A stretch of 63,087 bases of DNA, filler included, from Octopus bimaculoides (taxonomy: Eukaryota), in assembly GCF_001194135.2 (NCBI RefSeq). It is 8 parts of 7 records of this genome, joined end to end, with 100 filler letters (N's around TTAATTAATTAA, not from the genome) between each part and the next. Parts side by side here need not be neighbours in the genome. Positions count along the whole stretch, not along the records: positions 19,103 to 46,198 come from NC_068982.1; 7 more parts are not named here. One strand, 5' to 3'. The notes beneath the pieces are model-generated. The model was given only the letters and a program-made list of their open reading frames with translations. It did not search any database and was not told where the DNA came from. Below, in pieces: positions 25,159 to 39,116 of the stretch (positions within the stretch are counted from its first letter, which is position 1; every line of letters starts with the position of its first letter). The position numbers and the translations under genes were made by a program.

Positions 25159-27524
25159 GTATATATACACACACACACACACACACANNNNNNNNNNNNN
25201 NNNNNNNNNNNNNNNNNNNNNNNNNNNNNNNNNNNNNNNNNNNNNNNNNNNNNNNNNNNNNNNNNNNNNNNNNNNNNNNNNNNNNNNNNNNNNNNNNNNN
25301 NNNNNNNNNNNNNNNNNNNNNNNNNNNNNNNNNNNNNTATATATGTATGTATGTATGTATATTCATTTCTAGCTAAATGGACAGAGTTCTATTTATTTTT
25401 ACAAATATTTTCCATCAAGTTAAAAAAAAAAATTATTCGTCTCCCTCTCAGATTTCAAATTCTATTATGAAATTATTGTTAGAGATTTTATAAGGGTGAT
25501 TATATCACTAACATGTGGTTATGATAAAAGAAAATTCTGTTTATCAATAACCCTTCACTTTTAAACGTTATTTAGTGCAATTGAAATAAAAATAACATAA
25601 AAAAATGTCTTCTTTTATAGATACGCAATTAGCGAAATGAGAAGTTGGGATTTTCTTGACTTAATAACATGTGAAAAATGAAATTATTTTTATCCTACAA
25701 TCAAAATTGAGAGTGAACTTAACACGTTTCTACGATGCTCACAACAACAACTATAGTGATAAAGAGGTCTTACGTAAGTAGAAGACCACAGAGGCGAGGC
25801 CCAGAAGATGATTTTCAAAATCTTTTTTCGTAGAGTTTGCGTAAGTCTAGTATGAAGTGTCCAAAATACAGTGGAAGAATGTTGGAGATACCCGAACTCT
25901 GCAAAGAGGATCGCCAACGCAGACTGCAATGCACAGTAATGAATAGAAATTTCCAATCTAAGAAATGTGGAATGGATGGAATTCAAAAGGCATGCAGGTT
26001 AGTTTAGCGTTGTCGAAGGTTTTATGGCCAATGAAATCAGAATTACTTTTGCCGAAGTTTGTAAGTGCGAAAGAACAAAGATGTTAGATATCGTCTCTCC
26101 GGTAGATCTGACTCTACAGCAACGATATTGGCGGTAATTGAAAAGAAGTGGTTGTTTATTACAGTTTTTACCCCCATTGAGATATTGGAAGTAAGGGTGA
26201 TAAACTAGTAGTTGGAAAAGTCAGAAAGGTTATTATTATTTTTTTCAATGAAACACTTTCAATGAAACACTGTATTTTTATAGATGAAGAGATATTCCTG
26301 CTGAAGGAGGAGTGAATGGGCTGGTGGAGATAGAAACTAACACAGAAACACATTGTTTGACGGTCACAGAGCACTACCAGGATTATTCAGCATTTTGGAA
26401 TGGAGCATCAGAGAAAGTTTTCGCCTTTGGTAACTACTTACATAGCAGTGAGCGAGGTGAAGTGAAGAAGAAGAGATTGTTGTGTACGAACAATGTTCAG
26501 CTGGAAGTAGAACAAGAAGCAGATTTAATGGTTTTATCGATATGGATGCTACTTGAAAAGCCATATTGATTGAAGAGTAGATGCCTCTGAAAGGTTTAAA
26601 TGAAACTTCCTTGGCAAAGAGCTCAGGACTTTTAGATTGTGCGTTGCGCGAAGACATACTTTGTTTTCCTGGGGGCCCCTTTTGTCATGAATAGTGGTGG
26701 TGGGTAAATACTTCTCAATTAGTGAAAGTAAGGGACTTCCTCCAGGTATTACGGGCAATGTTCTTAACCAAGAAGAAATGGAGAGGTCTGAAGATAGGGC
26801 TTGCTGTGCGGTAGGATGTTGTAAAAAAGAATGCTTTAATTAGACAGGGTCATATGATCCTTTTCCTGTAGTGATTCTTATTAGGAGTTCAGTTGGAAGT
26901 CAATAGCTTCTAGTGGGATTCTGAAAATTTCATGCTTGTTGGAATAGACACCTTTTACGGATATAAAAAGAAACGGATTCGGTATCGTACGCCAGCAAAT
27001 AGTAGCGTAGCATGTCGAGGAGTTACCAACTAGTTTCGGTTTCTTTTTTATCCGGGGGTAGGCTTTAGGTCAGGTCTATTTTCCAATGATACTCTTCGTC
27101 AACCAATGAACCTACCCATGGGAGAGTGTAATGGGAAGTAGCGTATTAAGAGATTTCGTTATTTATAAATCAAATGCAACATAGTAAATTCCGTTAGAGA
27201 CACCCAAAAAGTAAGTGATGGGCTGAAACCAGGAGAATTAGTACAAGTTCCAGGCCAACTAGCATCCATCTTGTATATTGAGTAATGTAGTAAAGTCGTT
27301 ACAGTGAACTGTTACAACTGAACATATGTCCAAATGTAGGAGTGATACTGTAGTTTACTTTCCATTCTGGACTCAATGTTTTACTGAGTATTTGTCTCAG
27401 TTTTGAGCTCAAATCCTGTATGAGATATTTAATTTCCTTTTAGCCTTGTATTATACTGCTGTTAGTGTAGTTGATTAATTACCTTATTTTCAATAATTAG
27501 CTTTCATTATTTCTTGACATTAGC

Positions 27525-27955
27525 AAGGCGGCGTTCGCACGCCGGACAAAATACTTATCATTATTTCCTGTCTTTACGTTCTGAGTTCAAATTTGGTAAA
27601 GATCGACTTTAGCCTTTATGCTTTTGGAGTCGATGAAATAAGTACCAGTCAAATACTGGAGTCGATGTAGCCACCTTCCCGCAAAATTTGAGTTGTGCCT
27701 ATGATGAAAAGGATTATTACCTAGTATTAATGAGACGGTGAGCTGGTAGAATTGTTAGAGCATCGGGGAAAATGCCTTAAAATACTTATTCAGAGTTTTT
27801 ACATTCTGTGTTCAAATCCCGCGGAAGCTAAATTTGCCTTTTATCCTTGCATGAGCGTTAAAATAAGTGCCAGATAAGCACTGGGATCGATGGTATCCAT
27901 TAACACTCTCCCCTCAGATTTGCTGGACTTGTGCCTAAATCAGAAACTATTACGT
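27525..27955 (+). mobile_element. Two head-to-tail SINE family B copies (fragments also near 27390 and 28060)
   Basis: Repeated TTTACGTTCTGAGTTCAAAT...GCCTTT...ATAAGTACCAG...CTGGRGTCGATG...TTGTGCCTA blocks. Confidence 0.75.
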
Positions 27956-29987
27956 TTCAAACAATTATTACTTAGCGTTATTGAATTGTTGCAAATGGCT
28001 GATGCTGGAAAACACTAGAGAAAATACATTATATTATTTACTGTTGTAATTCATTACGTTCAACTCCCACATGAGGTCGGGCTTATCTTTCATCCCTCAT
28101 AGCTAAGCCTATAAGTAACAAAAATGTACTCGCAAAAAAAAAAAAATGCTAAACTTCCTTTAAATCCCATTCTACCATCTTCAAAAGAATGGGCGATTGA
28201 AAGAATCTCATCGAAGATGTGGACGGTATGAACACCTTTGATCACATGTCTTGCTCACCAAAGGTTGATCTTCGATGAAACAGTAACAACGAAGATGATG
28301 ATGACAACGCGACTACAACAGAATCAATTCTATTACCCACACTCAGTTCCCTTTTAGCAATTATCATTTAATTTAAATGTGCAATTAGCTAAATGTCTAA
28401 GTTAATTTATCAATTAACATAATACCTAAGAAAGAAGCCATTTTATAAACATTATGATGAGTGCTGTTGAGCAAGAGAAAGATTCACGTTCTGCTGGTTT
28501 TAATTCCATACTGAAATCTTTCAACTTTACTAATGTTGTTAAAGATATGAACATCATCCAATTGTATAACCAATTATCGGGAATGCCTCTATGAGGCGAG
28601 ACAACAGTCATATATCCTTCAGATTATACGTACTGTTTTTAACGAATTGAATGAGCTTAAAAAAATAATAAACGTAATGGTCATGCCTGGAACGCTTTTA
28701 GTAATCGGCATATTTAATTAAGGACGACCTTGGGCTAAACAGCAATAACGACAACAATCCTCCTCTTGTAGTACTTAAGCCAATAAATTGTTGTTAACTA
28801 TATTATATCAACTTCTTAGTTACATTTATTACTTTATTGCTTCCACCTGCTGTGAAGACTCACGCACACACATACATACGTGCTCGCGCACGCACACACA
28901 CACACACACACGCACTCACATGCACCCACACGCGCGCCCTTACACATTCACAAAAGAATATGCACACATGTACTGAGCGATTTTACATTACTGACATTGT
29001 TGTAGGTGTGTCTTCGTTCCGTGAATGATTGTGTAGGTTTATTCCTTCACCCACTTTCATTACCATCTTAAAAACATCGGCAGGACAGGAAAAATGTTTA
29101 ACCTTCTCAAGTGTTCAACCCATGATAAGTTTTTACTGGTTGTCATTTACTATCAAACGAGTATTTGACCTTTGAAATAGATCGCTTGGAGCCATTGGAA
29201 TATAACCAATTGATTATTTCTGTTGTTTCTTTGTAGAATGAACAGTGGGTTGTACAAGACTAAAAATCTTAATCACTCACATATCTTCTTTCTTATACAG
29301 GCTCAAGTCCGGCAATGGAGTATTAATTATATATTAATGACAAAAGTTAAGCTTTGCATTTTTCTAACTCCCTAAACCTACACGTCTCGACCGAGGAATA
29401 ATATCTATACACTGTTGAATGCAGTGTGAATACCTGGACATGCAAAGTGGAATAACTTATGGTAGTTAACACATGTTATGTGGCTTGTATACGGATTTTC
29501 TAATGCGTTGTATAAAGCGCCGCGTGGTCCTGAGAATAAGATATGCAGGATGCAATGTGTAACAGGCTACATGGTGTGCGTGATACGGTGTGCACGAGAC
29601 TACGTGATGTGCACGATGCAATGTAGCAATAATAGCAAGATATGCAAGATATACTGTGACAGTCAATGGTCATATTAGATTGATAAGTGAAAGAATGAAA
29701 GGTGCTTATAATAATATCTATTACATTATGAACATTAAAGGATAGTTAATGCTGGAATACCTTTAACATAAGTTTGCTGGTTCAATTCCGACCTGGTGTT
29801 AAAGAGCAGCATCCAGAATAGCAATGACGACGAAGTGTTTGGCAGTTTTCAGTAATTTTTTAAATGTTATTGGTGGATTGATGGGCAAATTGATACATGA
29901 CTTCTAAGAACTTTTTTAAATTTAATTATGGATATTCGGATAATGTTAGGAACAGCTATTATTTTAAAATATGCCAGAAATAATAAT

Positions 29988-30300
29988 TAATGGCACTCTG
30001 TTGGTTACGACGACGAGGGTTCCAGATGATCCGATCAATGGAACAGCCTGCTCGTGAATTTAACGTGCAAGTGGCTAAGCATTTCACAGACACGCGTACC
30101 CTTAACGTAGTTTGCAGGGAGATTCAGCGTGACACACTATGTGACAAGACCTGCCCTTTGAATTACAGGCACAACCCATTTTTGCCAGCAACGTGAAAAA
30201 TAAAGTGTCTTACTCAAGGACACAACACGCAGCAGGGGATCGAACTCACGACCTTACGATTGTGAGCCAAATACCCTAACCACTAAGCCATGCGTTTTCA
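29988..30300 (-). mobile_element. Full-length tRNA-derived SINE family C
   Basis: Minus-strand head GCATGGCTTAGTGGTTAGGG...GTGAGTTCGATCCC; body shared with 16517-16720, tail shared with 2310-2375. Confidence 0.85.
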
Positions 30301-30321
30301 CAATATTTAGTATCCGGAAGA

Positions 30322-30535
30322 CGGTGAGCTGGTCGAAACGTTAGCACGCCGGGCGAAATGCTTAGCGGTATTTCGTTTGTCTTTACGTTCTGTGTTCAAT
30401 TTCCGCCGAGGTCGACTTTGCCTTTCATCCTTTCGGAGTCGATAAATTAAGTACCAGTTGCGTACTGGGGTCGATCTTTTCGACTGGTCCACTCCTCAAA
30501 AATTTCGGGCCTTGTGCCTAGAGTGGAAAAAATAT
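30322..30535 (+). mobile_element. SINE family B
   Basis: GGTGAGCTGGTCGAAACGTTAGCACGCCGGGCGAAATGC...CGAGGTCGACTTTGCCTTTCATCC; multiple homologues in the window. Confidence 0.85.
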
Positions 30536-32899
30536 TTAATATCCGGGTAAGAAAGGCAGCGAATTGGTAAAGTAATTAAAGAGTCAGTCAGAATACTTTG
30601 CGGCATTTATTTCTGCTCCCTTCTTAATTCAAATCCCACCGACGTCAACTTTGCATTTCTTCCTTTTGGGAATCTTCACCTGTACTGGACTAGATTCATC
30701 TTCACGCACGTCCTTTCTTTCTTTCTTTTTTTCTTTCTTTCTTTCTTTATTTATTTCCAACTCCATCCCTACCTTTCTCTCTTGGTTGCATCTGTATTCC
30801 CAAGGTCCACCCTTGCCATATTGATTCGGTCTGAAAATTGTATGAAGAGTACATACATGTGTCTGTGGAATACCCAGTCGCATACATGTTCATTTCACGC
30901 GTAAAAATTTAGTTACTGAACAGCCTAATTCTCATAGAAGAGGCCGTCGTACAACCCATCATCAGATAAGGCGAGTGGAATTGCAGACATAGTAGAATCA
31001 GACTAAATGCCTTCGGTATCCAATTAACATTCCACGATGCTGGGAGTATAAATACTGCGAGAATGATTTTGCTTTCCATTTCTCGTGTGTTAACAACATA
31101 CATATCTCCATTGTACTGAGGTCAATTCAATCGACTGATAACTCTGTGTTGTGTCTGTAGTCATATAAATTCACGTAGCCTGACGTTGATGCTGTTGTTT
31201 GACACCAAGTGAATCGCAATCGAGCAGAGCTATGACCAACAAACGTTCCAGCCGTGGCCATCACGTTATTTTTGTATACTAGTGACTACTTATCCAATGC
31301 GTTCTCACTTTTTAGTTTTAAAAATGATTCTATGGTGTGAATCCATGGAATTTCCAAAAATTGTTCCAAAAAGTGTCTGAGTGGAAAATTCTCCAGAATA
31401 GGCCACTCGATTTATCTTTGTCGACACCCTGATCTTCCCGAGAACATCGTTGTTTTTTTTTTTGAAGCCTCTTACTCCCTATATAATGCAATAGTTAACA
31501 TAGCTCTGACAACATTACGCAACTGATAGGGAACTGCAAGTGTTTGACAATATTCCAGATGTTAGGTGCCTAACCTTAGTATTTCCTTGACCTAAGACGA
31601 AAACTCCGTCAAAAATGCGGGCTACGAAAAAAACGTACCTCTCAGTGGCAATTACACCTTTACTCTACATAGAAATCTCTACAGATGCTGCAGTTTCAGA
31701 ACATTCTTTGGCAACGTTAGGCACGGAATACCTAGCATCTGCGCTGTATGTGTCGGTGGCAGTTGGGCCGTTGACTACTGGACGCATCCCTTTCACAAGA
31801 AGTGGAAGGGTAGTCGCTCCAGCCTCATCAAATGGAAACTAAATTAAGGCACATTAATTAGGCAATAATAAAATACAATGGAATTGTACGTATTTACTAC
31901 ATTTGCCCGACATTTTGGGGGTAACTTCCTCTTAGCCCATTTTTTAGTAAGGCTGGCCACCCTCCTCGTAACCTCGTCTCAGTTTCTATCACTTGTTTGT
32001 CTGACTCGAACCAGACCCAAAGCATCTTCGGTCTAACGAACCACAAAGCCGATCAGCATGGACTGGTTTCTCTGGGTGCCCAGCTGTAAGTCCTCTGACT
32101 TGTGTTAGGTAATGCGTGCACTTGTTACCACCTCCTGCTTCTTCAAAACGGTGCCGACAACATCACTTTTCCTGCTGAGATTCTTGGGCAGTGAAAAGAT
32201 ATGGTTACCATTGTGGTGTACATTTCTCAGTTCAAGTGAGATGCCTCTCGACACTTCTAGCATTAATAGAGTAATTAGGAAAAGAGAAGCTGAATTATAT
32301 AAATAACGATCATGGATTACCACAAGGACGGCGACGAGGTGATGGCGATGGTGGTGGTGGTGGTGGTGGTGGTGGTCGTCGTCGTCGTCATGATGATGAT
32401 GATGATAATGATGATGATGGAATAATGACGATAATGATGACGATTCCAGAAATGATTAAACCATTATTGCAAAAATAAAAAAAAACAACAGAAAATCCCA
32501 AAGTATTCGAATTTTTGAGAAATTGTATAAATAAGTTTACGAAACAAATGAATGTTTTGTTAATGGAAAATAAACTACGGGGAAAATAAAGCAAAATATT
32601 ATATTAATAGCTAAAACTACTGAGAAAGAACATATTGAAGCCTTTGGGGAACAATTATGAAAATATAAAGGCGCAAAGAAACACTGACACCGAAAAATAA
32701 CAAGGAAAGAGTAAATTGGTTATCAAATAAAATGAGTTGAAATGTTATTAGAAGGGAAGAGTAACAGGAAATATGTTGAAGCTGACTGATAAAGTCTAAA
32801 ACCCTTAGGGAAAACAAGTGAAAGCAATATATTTGGTTGTTTGGGCAAATATTTTTATATCTCAATTAGAATAATCCCTATCTTTTAATAACTGGCATC

Positions 32900-33000
32900 G
32901 AATCGTATGTTAATGTTTTCCAGATTAAAAAGAAAATGACTGATTTTCAAAATGACAGGCCAATGTCAATGTTTTAAACGTCTTCGAAAAAGTTGTAAAT
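32900..33000 (+). mobile_element. Very old LINE RT relic (CR1/L2/Jockey-type)
   Basis: KMTDFQNDRPMS...NVFEKVV resembles the NYRPIS...FEK motif of RT domain 0/1. Confidence 0.3.
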
Positions 33001-34234
33001 GTCTGACCTAAATACTTAATACTTATAATTTATAGATGGACATAAGAATAAGAATAAGACATAAGGCATAATACTTAAGAATAACAACGTAAGAGTGAAA
33101 AAAGAAAGAAAGAGCAAGTGTTGTACAAAAGTATTTTTGGAAGAATCAATGAATTGGCTGAGAAAATATACTGAAACAAGATAATGAGGTAGACAAAGCG
33201 TATAATATTCCTGAATATTAATCAGCATTATAGTTTTCTTAAACATTAGTAAGCACCCGGTAAACCTGCAAGCAGAAATCGTAATTCAGTATTGTATTTT
33301 CCTCTCATCTAGCTTCCTTATTTTCTCACAGTTTTGTTAACCTTTTTAATATCCATCCAACCGAGGAATACGAAACTATTGGTATTATAATCAAAATGTC
33401 ATAACAAAAATTGCCCTAAGGTTCCAGTTGATCAACACCAACATAGTACGCCAATATACATACGTGTGAGTATGTGTGTGTACGAGCCAACGACGAAGCG
33501 GTTAGGCTGTTCTTCAACCTGTAAGATATAGCAGCCAAAATTCCTCTAATCAAAATCTCCTGCTACTTTTGAAAAGGTCATAGTTGTTAATGTAGTTATT
33601 GGAAACTGACTAAATAAAAGACGGCATGATCAACGTTGGAGTACCTTTTACCATATGTCTGTTCCACAAAGCCTGATCCAGGGACTAAACAATTGCAAAC
33701 CAACAACTAATATATAAATATGCAATAGTATAGAGCCAATATATAAACGATAGAACGAACCAGTTTCTCTGTGGTCACTAGATATGCTAGAGACAGTTGA
33801 CAAAATCTCCATCAAAGTACATCTTTGCTTTCAGAAAAGGGGAGAATTCATTGTATAATATAGCTCTAGATGTACAAAATTGGCGAGAAAGACTGACCGA
33901 TCATAGCTAGACTACATTTAACCATAAATCTGCATAATCAAATCTGACTTCATGATCAAGTTTGACTTCGTGATGAATAACAGGATACTATATTTAAAGT
34001 TACAGATATTGTTTACTAAATCCTTCCATGCTTTGATTATACTGAAAATTAATTGGAATACATAAGCAATTTGCTTGTTAGAAACATAATTACCAAAGGA
34101 CTAATCAAGACTTTAGTGCAACCGATGGATTAATTTTTTTTTTTTTGTTTTAGATGGGCATCGCAAAGTATCTAAATTTGGTTTTACACTATCTGTGCCA
34201 TTCCACAAAACACAACTTCTAAGTGATGAACTTC

Positions 34235-35094
34235 AGATTTTCTATAGAATTCACAGCCAGCACTGTAAGTTACGACGTTTCGTATACGACTACGTCTATG
34301 TAACGAATACGATTGAAGATAGAAAAAAATAGGCAATGGTTGTATATACATATTTCAAGAATTATTACCCTTTCATCAACCCCACATCCAACCCATCAAC
34401 TAGTCACGAACGCATTGCTTAAATATACGCTAAGACTAATTTACATAATAAACACATATTAAAGATATTCCTGGCATCTGGTAGGTAAACATTAATTACT
34501 TGCATGGGCACAGTATTTTGTTTTGCAACCATCATATACTACCAACTATATTAAAGGTTTACAAGTCAATATTGTGTCTTACTTTTTGTGTTAGCAGTGA
34601 GATATTCTCATTTTTAAGTTGAATTCACAGTTAGCACTATTAGTTACGACCTTTTGTATACGAATATGTCTATGCAAACAATGCGATCGAAAATAGAAAG
34701 ATAGGTAATGGATGTGTATGCATCTTTCAGGAGTTCTTGCTCTTTCATCAGCACTACACCCAACTCATCAACTATCCACGAACACATTACTTAACTACCC
34801 ACTTCGTTTGGCAGTGCAACACTATTCGATTGACCGATTTGTGTTACACCACTAAACTTAGTGGGTATTCACTATCTTCGATCGCATTGTTTACATAGAC
34901 ATATACATATATACATATACGAAAAGCCGTAACTGTGCTGACTTTGAATTCTATGGAAAATCTGTAGTTTACCACTTAAAAATGAGAATATCGCACTGCT
35001 AACACAAAAAGTATGACACAGTATTGACTTGTAAACCTACTTTGTAATATATTATGGCTGCAAAACGAAATACTATGTCCTTGCAAGTAATTAA
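34235..35094. mobile_element. Composite direct plus inverted repeat element
   Basis: 34496-34700 is inverted relative to 34868-35090, with TTAA at 34492-34495 and 35091-35094; 34235-34420 is a diverged direct copy of 34620-34800. Confidence 0.75.
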
Positions 35095-35824
35095 CTGAAT
35101 ACAATGTATTTCTATATTTCATTCATTTCATTATGTAGAGAAAGGTTTTTTATGCAGGAAATGCAATTCACTGTCACACATTGATCTTCAGTAATACAAA
35201 AGAAGGTGGAATTCTAGCCTACTTCACTTCTTTGCCTAAATTGATTCGTGGAATTAGCTTGCTCGAACCTTTTGTTACTTTATGAAATCATGCAGAATTT
35301 TGATTGCCTGAGGAGGTAAAAAGAAAAAAGTATATCTTAGCTGATGCATAATTGGAGGCTGTGAAAGTTTATGCCTTTTCAAATGTATTAAAAGCTTGCT
35401 TAGAATAGTTTTGCCGTACACAACAGTACGCGTCAACCGATAATAAAACTCGGCGAAGACGTCCTTGGCATGATCTGAACTAGAAATCTAAAACACAACG
35501 TCTTTCGTGCATCTTTCTTTTATTTATTCTTTTACTTATTCCAGCTGTGATCATGCTGGGGCACCGCCATTTACGTTACTTTAATTTCTTGAACTTTTCC
35601 ACTGCGGTCTGTTTTATTAAATGAGAAATTTTGTATAAATTTCACCACTTATTTCTAATTCATATTTTATTAAACACCGTGTCATGATAAACGAAGTTAA
35701 CTTCAACGAGATAAAAAGAGAATCTGATCCTACCGGGATTTGATAACCGTGAACATTGAAGACAGACTACCGGAAAATTCAAAGCCGTCTACCATAAAAT
35801 TATCATTGTTCCATCATCAGATGA

Positions 35825-35872
<48 letters not shown>

Positions 35873-35953
35873 GTATGTATGTATGCCTATATAAGCATAT
35901 ATTTGTGTGTATGCGTGTATATACATATATACACACACACATACACGTATATA

Positions 35954-36006
<53 letters not shown>

Positions 36007-36220
36007 CATATATATATTCCCACCCGTTATCTGCTATAATTAGTTAAGTGAAATTCACACCGTCTTCTGCTCTTTGAAATTGTGAACATCTGGAACAGTT
36101 TCACTTGGTCAGAATCAAGTGGTTAAGAGTAATTCGAGAAGATCAAGAATGACTTAAAAACCCATACATATTTTCATTAACGGACATGCAAACACGTGTA
36201 TGTGTGTGTACGCATACATG

Positions 36221-36293
<73 letters not shown>

Positions 36294-38438
36294 ATGTAGG
36301 TACGTATGTATATATGTATATACACAGACACGAGTGTACAAGCACATAGAAAATGTGTATGTATGTGTAATGTATGTGAGAGTGCGACCGTGTGTGTGTC
36401 TACAAATACGCAAGCATACACTATTATTCCCTCTTGAGTTTTAGAAGGTATATGATTACTGACCATATCAATTTATATAAACTGTCTGGACATGATATAC
36501 TGATACATGTGTGTTTGTGTTTGTGTGAGAGTGTGTGTGTGTGTGTGTGTGTGTGTGAGTATGTGTGCGTGAGAGTGTGTGTGTGTATACATACATATAC
36601 GTAATACATATATATAAAATGATATTAATAATATATATATATATGCATATATATGCATATATATATATATATATATATATATANNNNNNNNNNNNNNNNN
36701 NNNNNNNNNNNNNNNNNNNNNNNNNNNNNNNNNNNNNNNNNNNNNNNNNNNNNNNNNNNNNNNNNNNNNNNNNNNNNNNNNNNNNNNNNNNNNNNNNNNN
36801 NNNNNNNNNNNNNNNNNNNNNNNNNNNNNNNNNNNNNNNNNNNNNNNNNNNNNNNNNNNNNNNNNNNNNNNNNNNNNNNNNNNNNNNNNNNNNNNNNNNN
36901 NNNNNNNNNNNNNNNNNNNNNNNNNNNNNNNNNNNNNNNNNNNNNNNNNNNNNNNNNNNNNNNNNNNNNNNNNNNNNNNNNNNNNNNNNNNNNNNNNNNN
37001 NNNNNNNNNNNNNNNNNNNNNNNNNNNNNNNNNNNNNNNNNNNNNNNNNNNNNNNNNNNNNNNNNNNNNNNNNNNNNNNNNNNNNNNNNNNNNNNNNNNN
37101 NNNNNNNNNNNNNNNNNNNNNNNNNNNNNNNNNNNNNNNNNNNNNNNNNNNNNNNNNNNNNNNNNNNNNNNNNNNNNNNNNNNNNNNNNNNNNNNNNNNN
37201 NNNNNNNNNNNNNNNNNNNNNNNNNNNNNNNNNNNNNNNNNNNNNNNNNNNNNNNNNNNNNNNNNNNNNNNNNNNNNNNNNNNNNNNNNNNNNNNNNNNN
37301 NNNNNNNNNNNNNNNNNNNNNNNNNNNNNNNNNNNNNNNNNNNNNNNNNNNNNNNNNNNNNNNNNNNNNNNNNNNNNNNNNNNNNNNNNNNNNNNNNNNN
37401 NNNNNNNNNNNNNNNNNNNNNNNNNNNNNNNNNNNNNNNNNNNNNNNNNNNNNNACAAAATAAAAAAACGCACGCACACATACAAACGTGCGCACACACA
37501 GACACTCACACACACACACACACTCACACGCACAAACACACACACACACACACAAACACAAAACGCACGCACACATACAAACGCGCGCGCGCACAGACAC
37601 TCACACACACACACACACACACATACATATACACACACACACACACTCATACATATCAAGTGCACTGTGACAAATTGTGAAACTTAAGAAGGTTATAATT
37701 GTTTTCTACTCTCAGTAGAGACCCTAAGACGTTATTAAATGATGGATTTCAATTTTAGGCTTGGCGTGAAGTATATCGGAAACTACTTTTCAATTCACTG
37801 ATTATGCATTCAATTTGCCTGAGAATCATGGTATGAGCAAAAAATATTGTGGACGTAAAAATATTAGTCTTCTCGATGCTTGCTTCACTGAACGAATATG
37901 TAGTCATAGAAAGTGGTGCAGCTTACACCAGACGGGCACACGCACACACTCACGCACACATACATAGATACATACATGTTATATGTATATAGTCATACAT
38001 ACGATGTGTGTGTCTGATAAAGAGAAACAGGGAGATAGAGAAAGAGAGAGTATGTGCATGTATCTGTCTGTCTGTACATATATATACACATACACACACA
38101 TATGCACATACATGCATACATACATACATACATACATACGTGTGTATATGTATGTGCATATATGTATACGTATTTCAGTATGTATAAATGCATTAAAATA
38201 ATTACATGCGTGAATAAGCATGTAAGTGTATATATAATTGCATTAAAGTGTGTACATACCTACATGTATATATATATGTAAACATACATACATACATACA
38301 TACATATACATATACATATATATAAATTTGAATAATAAGGGTAAAAAAATTGAATATTAATTTAATAGCAATTTAAAACCAGAGGCCTAGCATATTGAAA
38401 AATCTGAAGATTCGGAAAAATTGTATTACATACATATA

Positions 38439-39116
38439 AGAGGGATGACTACTAAGTGGACATCCATTATGCTAGATGTAGACCCCATATGGTCTGACCA
38501 CTAAGAAAAAAATGTTCTCAAGAAAATTCAGCAAACGCCAGAACGTAAGCGAGCAAGACAAATGAAAAGATGCAAAATATAAAGATTAATCACAAACCCG
38601 ATTTCATTGTTACCGCTTATGTAATACTTACGTAAATGTCCGCAATTCCTCAGTATGATCGTCATAGCAAAATATAATTTGTAAAACTATACACAAGACG
38701 TCCGCAAACATGTCCTCTAACCGGCAAAATTCACTGCAGAGAATTTTTTTCTGCAGAATTATTTCCGGTATTTTGGCGCGCCAAAACGAAGACTTTTGAA
38801 ATATAACCCTAAATGTAATTGGCAGAACTATATGCATGTTCAATCTCATGCGGACGTCTCGTGTATAGTTCTGCAAATTATACTTTGCTATGACGATCAC
38901 ACTGATGAATTGCGGACATTTACGTAAGTATTACGTAAGTGATAACAATGAAATCGGGTTTGTGATTAATCTTTATATTTTGTATCTTTTCATTTGTTTT
39001 GCTCGCTTACGTTCTGGCGTTTGCTGAATTTTCTTGAGAACAATCTTTTCGTAGTGGTCAGACCATATGGGGTCTACATCTAGCATAATGGATGTCCACT
39101 TAGTGGTCATCCCTCT
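38439..39116. mobile_element. Fold-back MITE with 268-bp terminal inverted arms and TA flanks
   Basis: 38439-38706 is the reverse complement of 38849-39116 (about 90% or more by eye); termini AGAGGGATGAC...GTCATCCCTCT; TA on both sides. Confidence 0.92.

Noticed and set aside
32087-32109. GTAAGT...CTGAC...TAG, 23 nt, looking like an ultra-short intron
   Set aside because: It is below the plausible intron length for a mollusc, and the spliced product is a short unrecognisable peptide.
36468-37687. ORFs of 344-375 aa (also 7536-8161, 9307-9705, 2312-2821)
   Set aside because: They consist of N gaps and (CA)/(TA) microsatellites.
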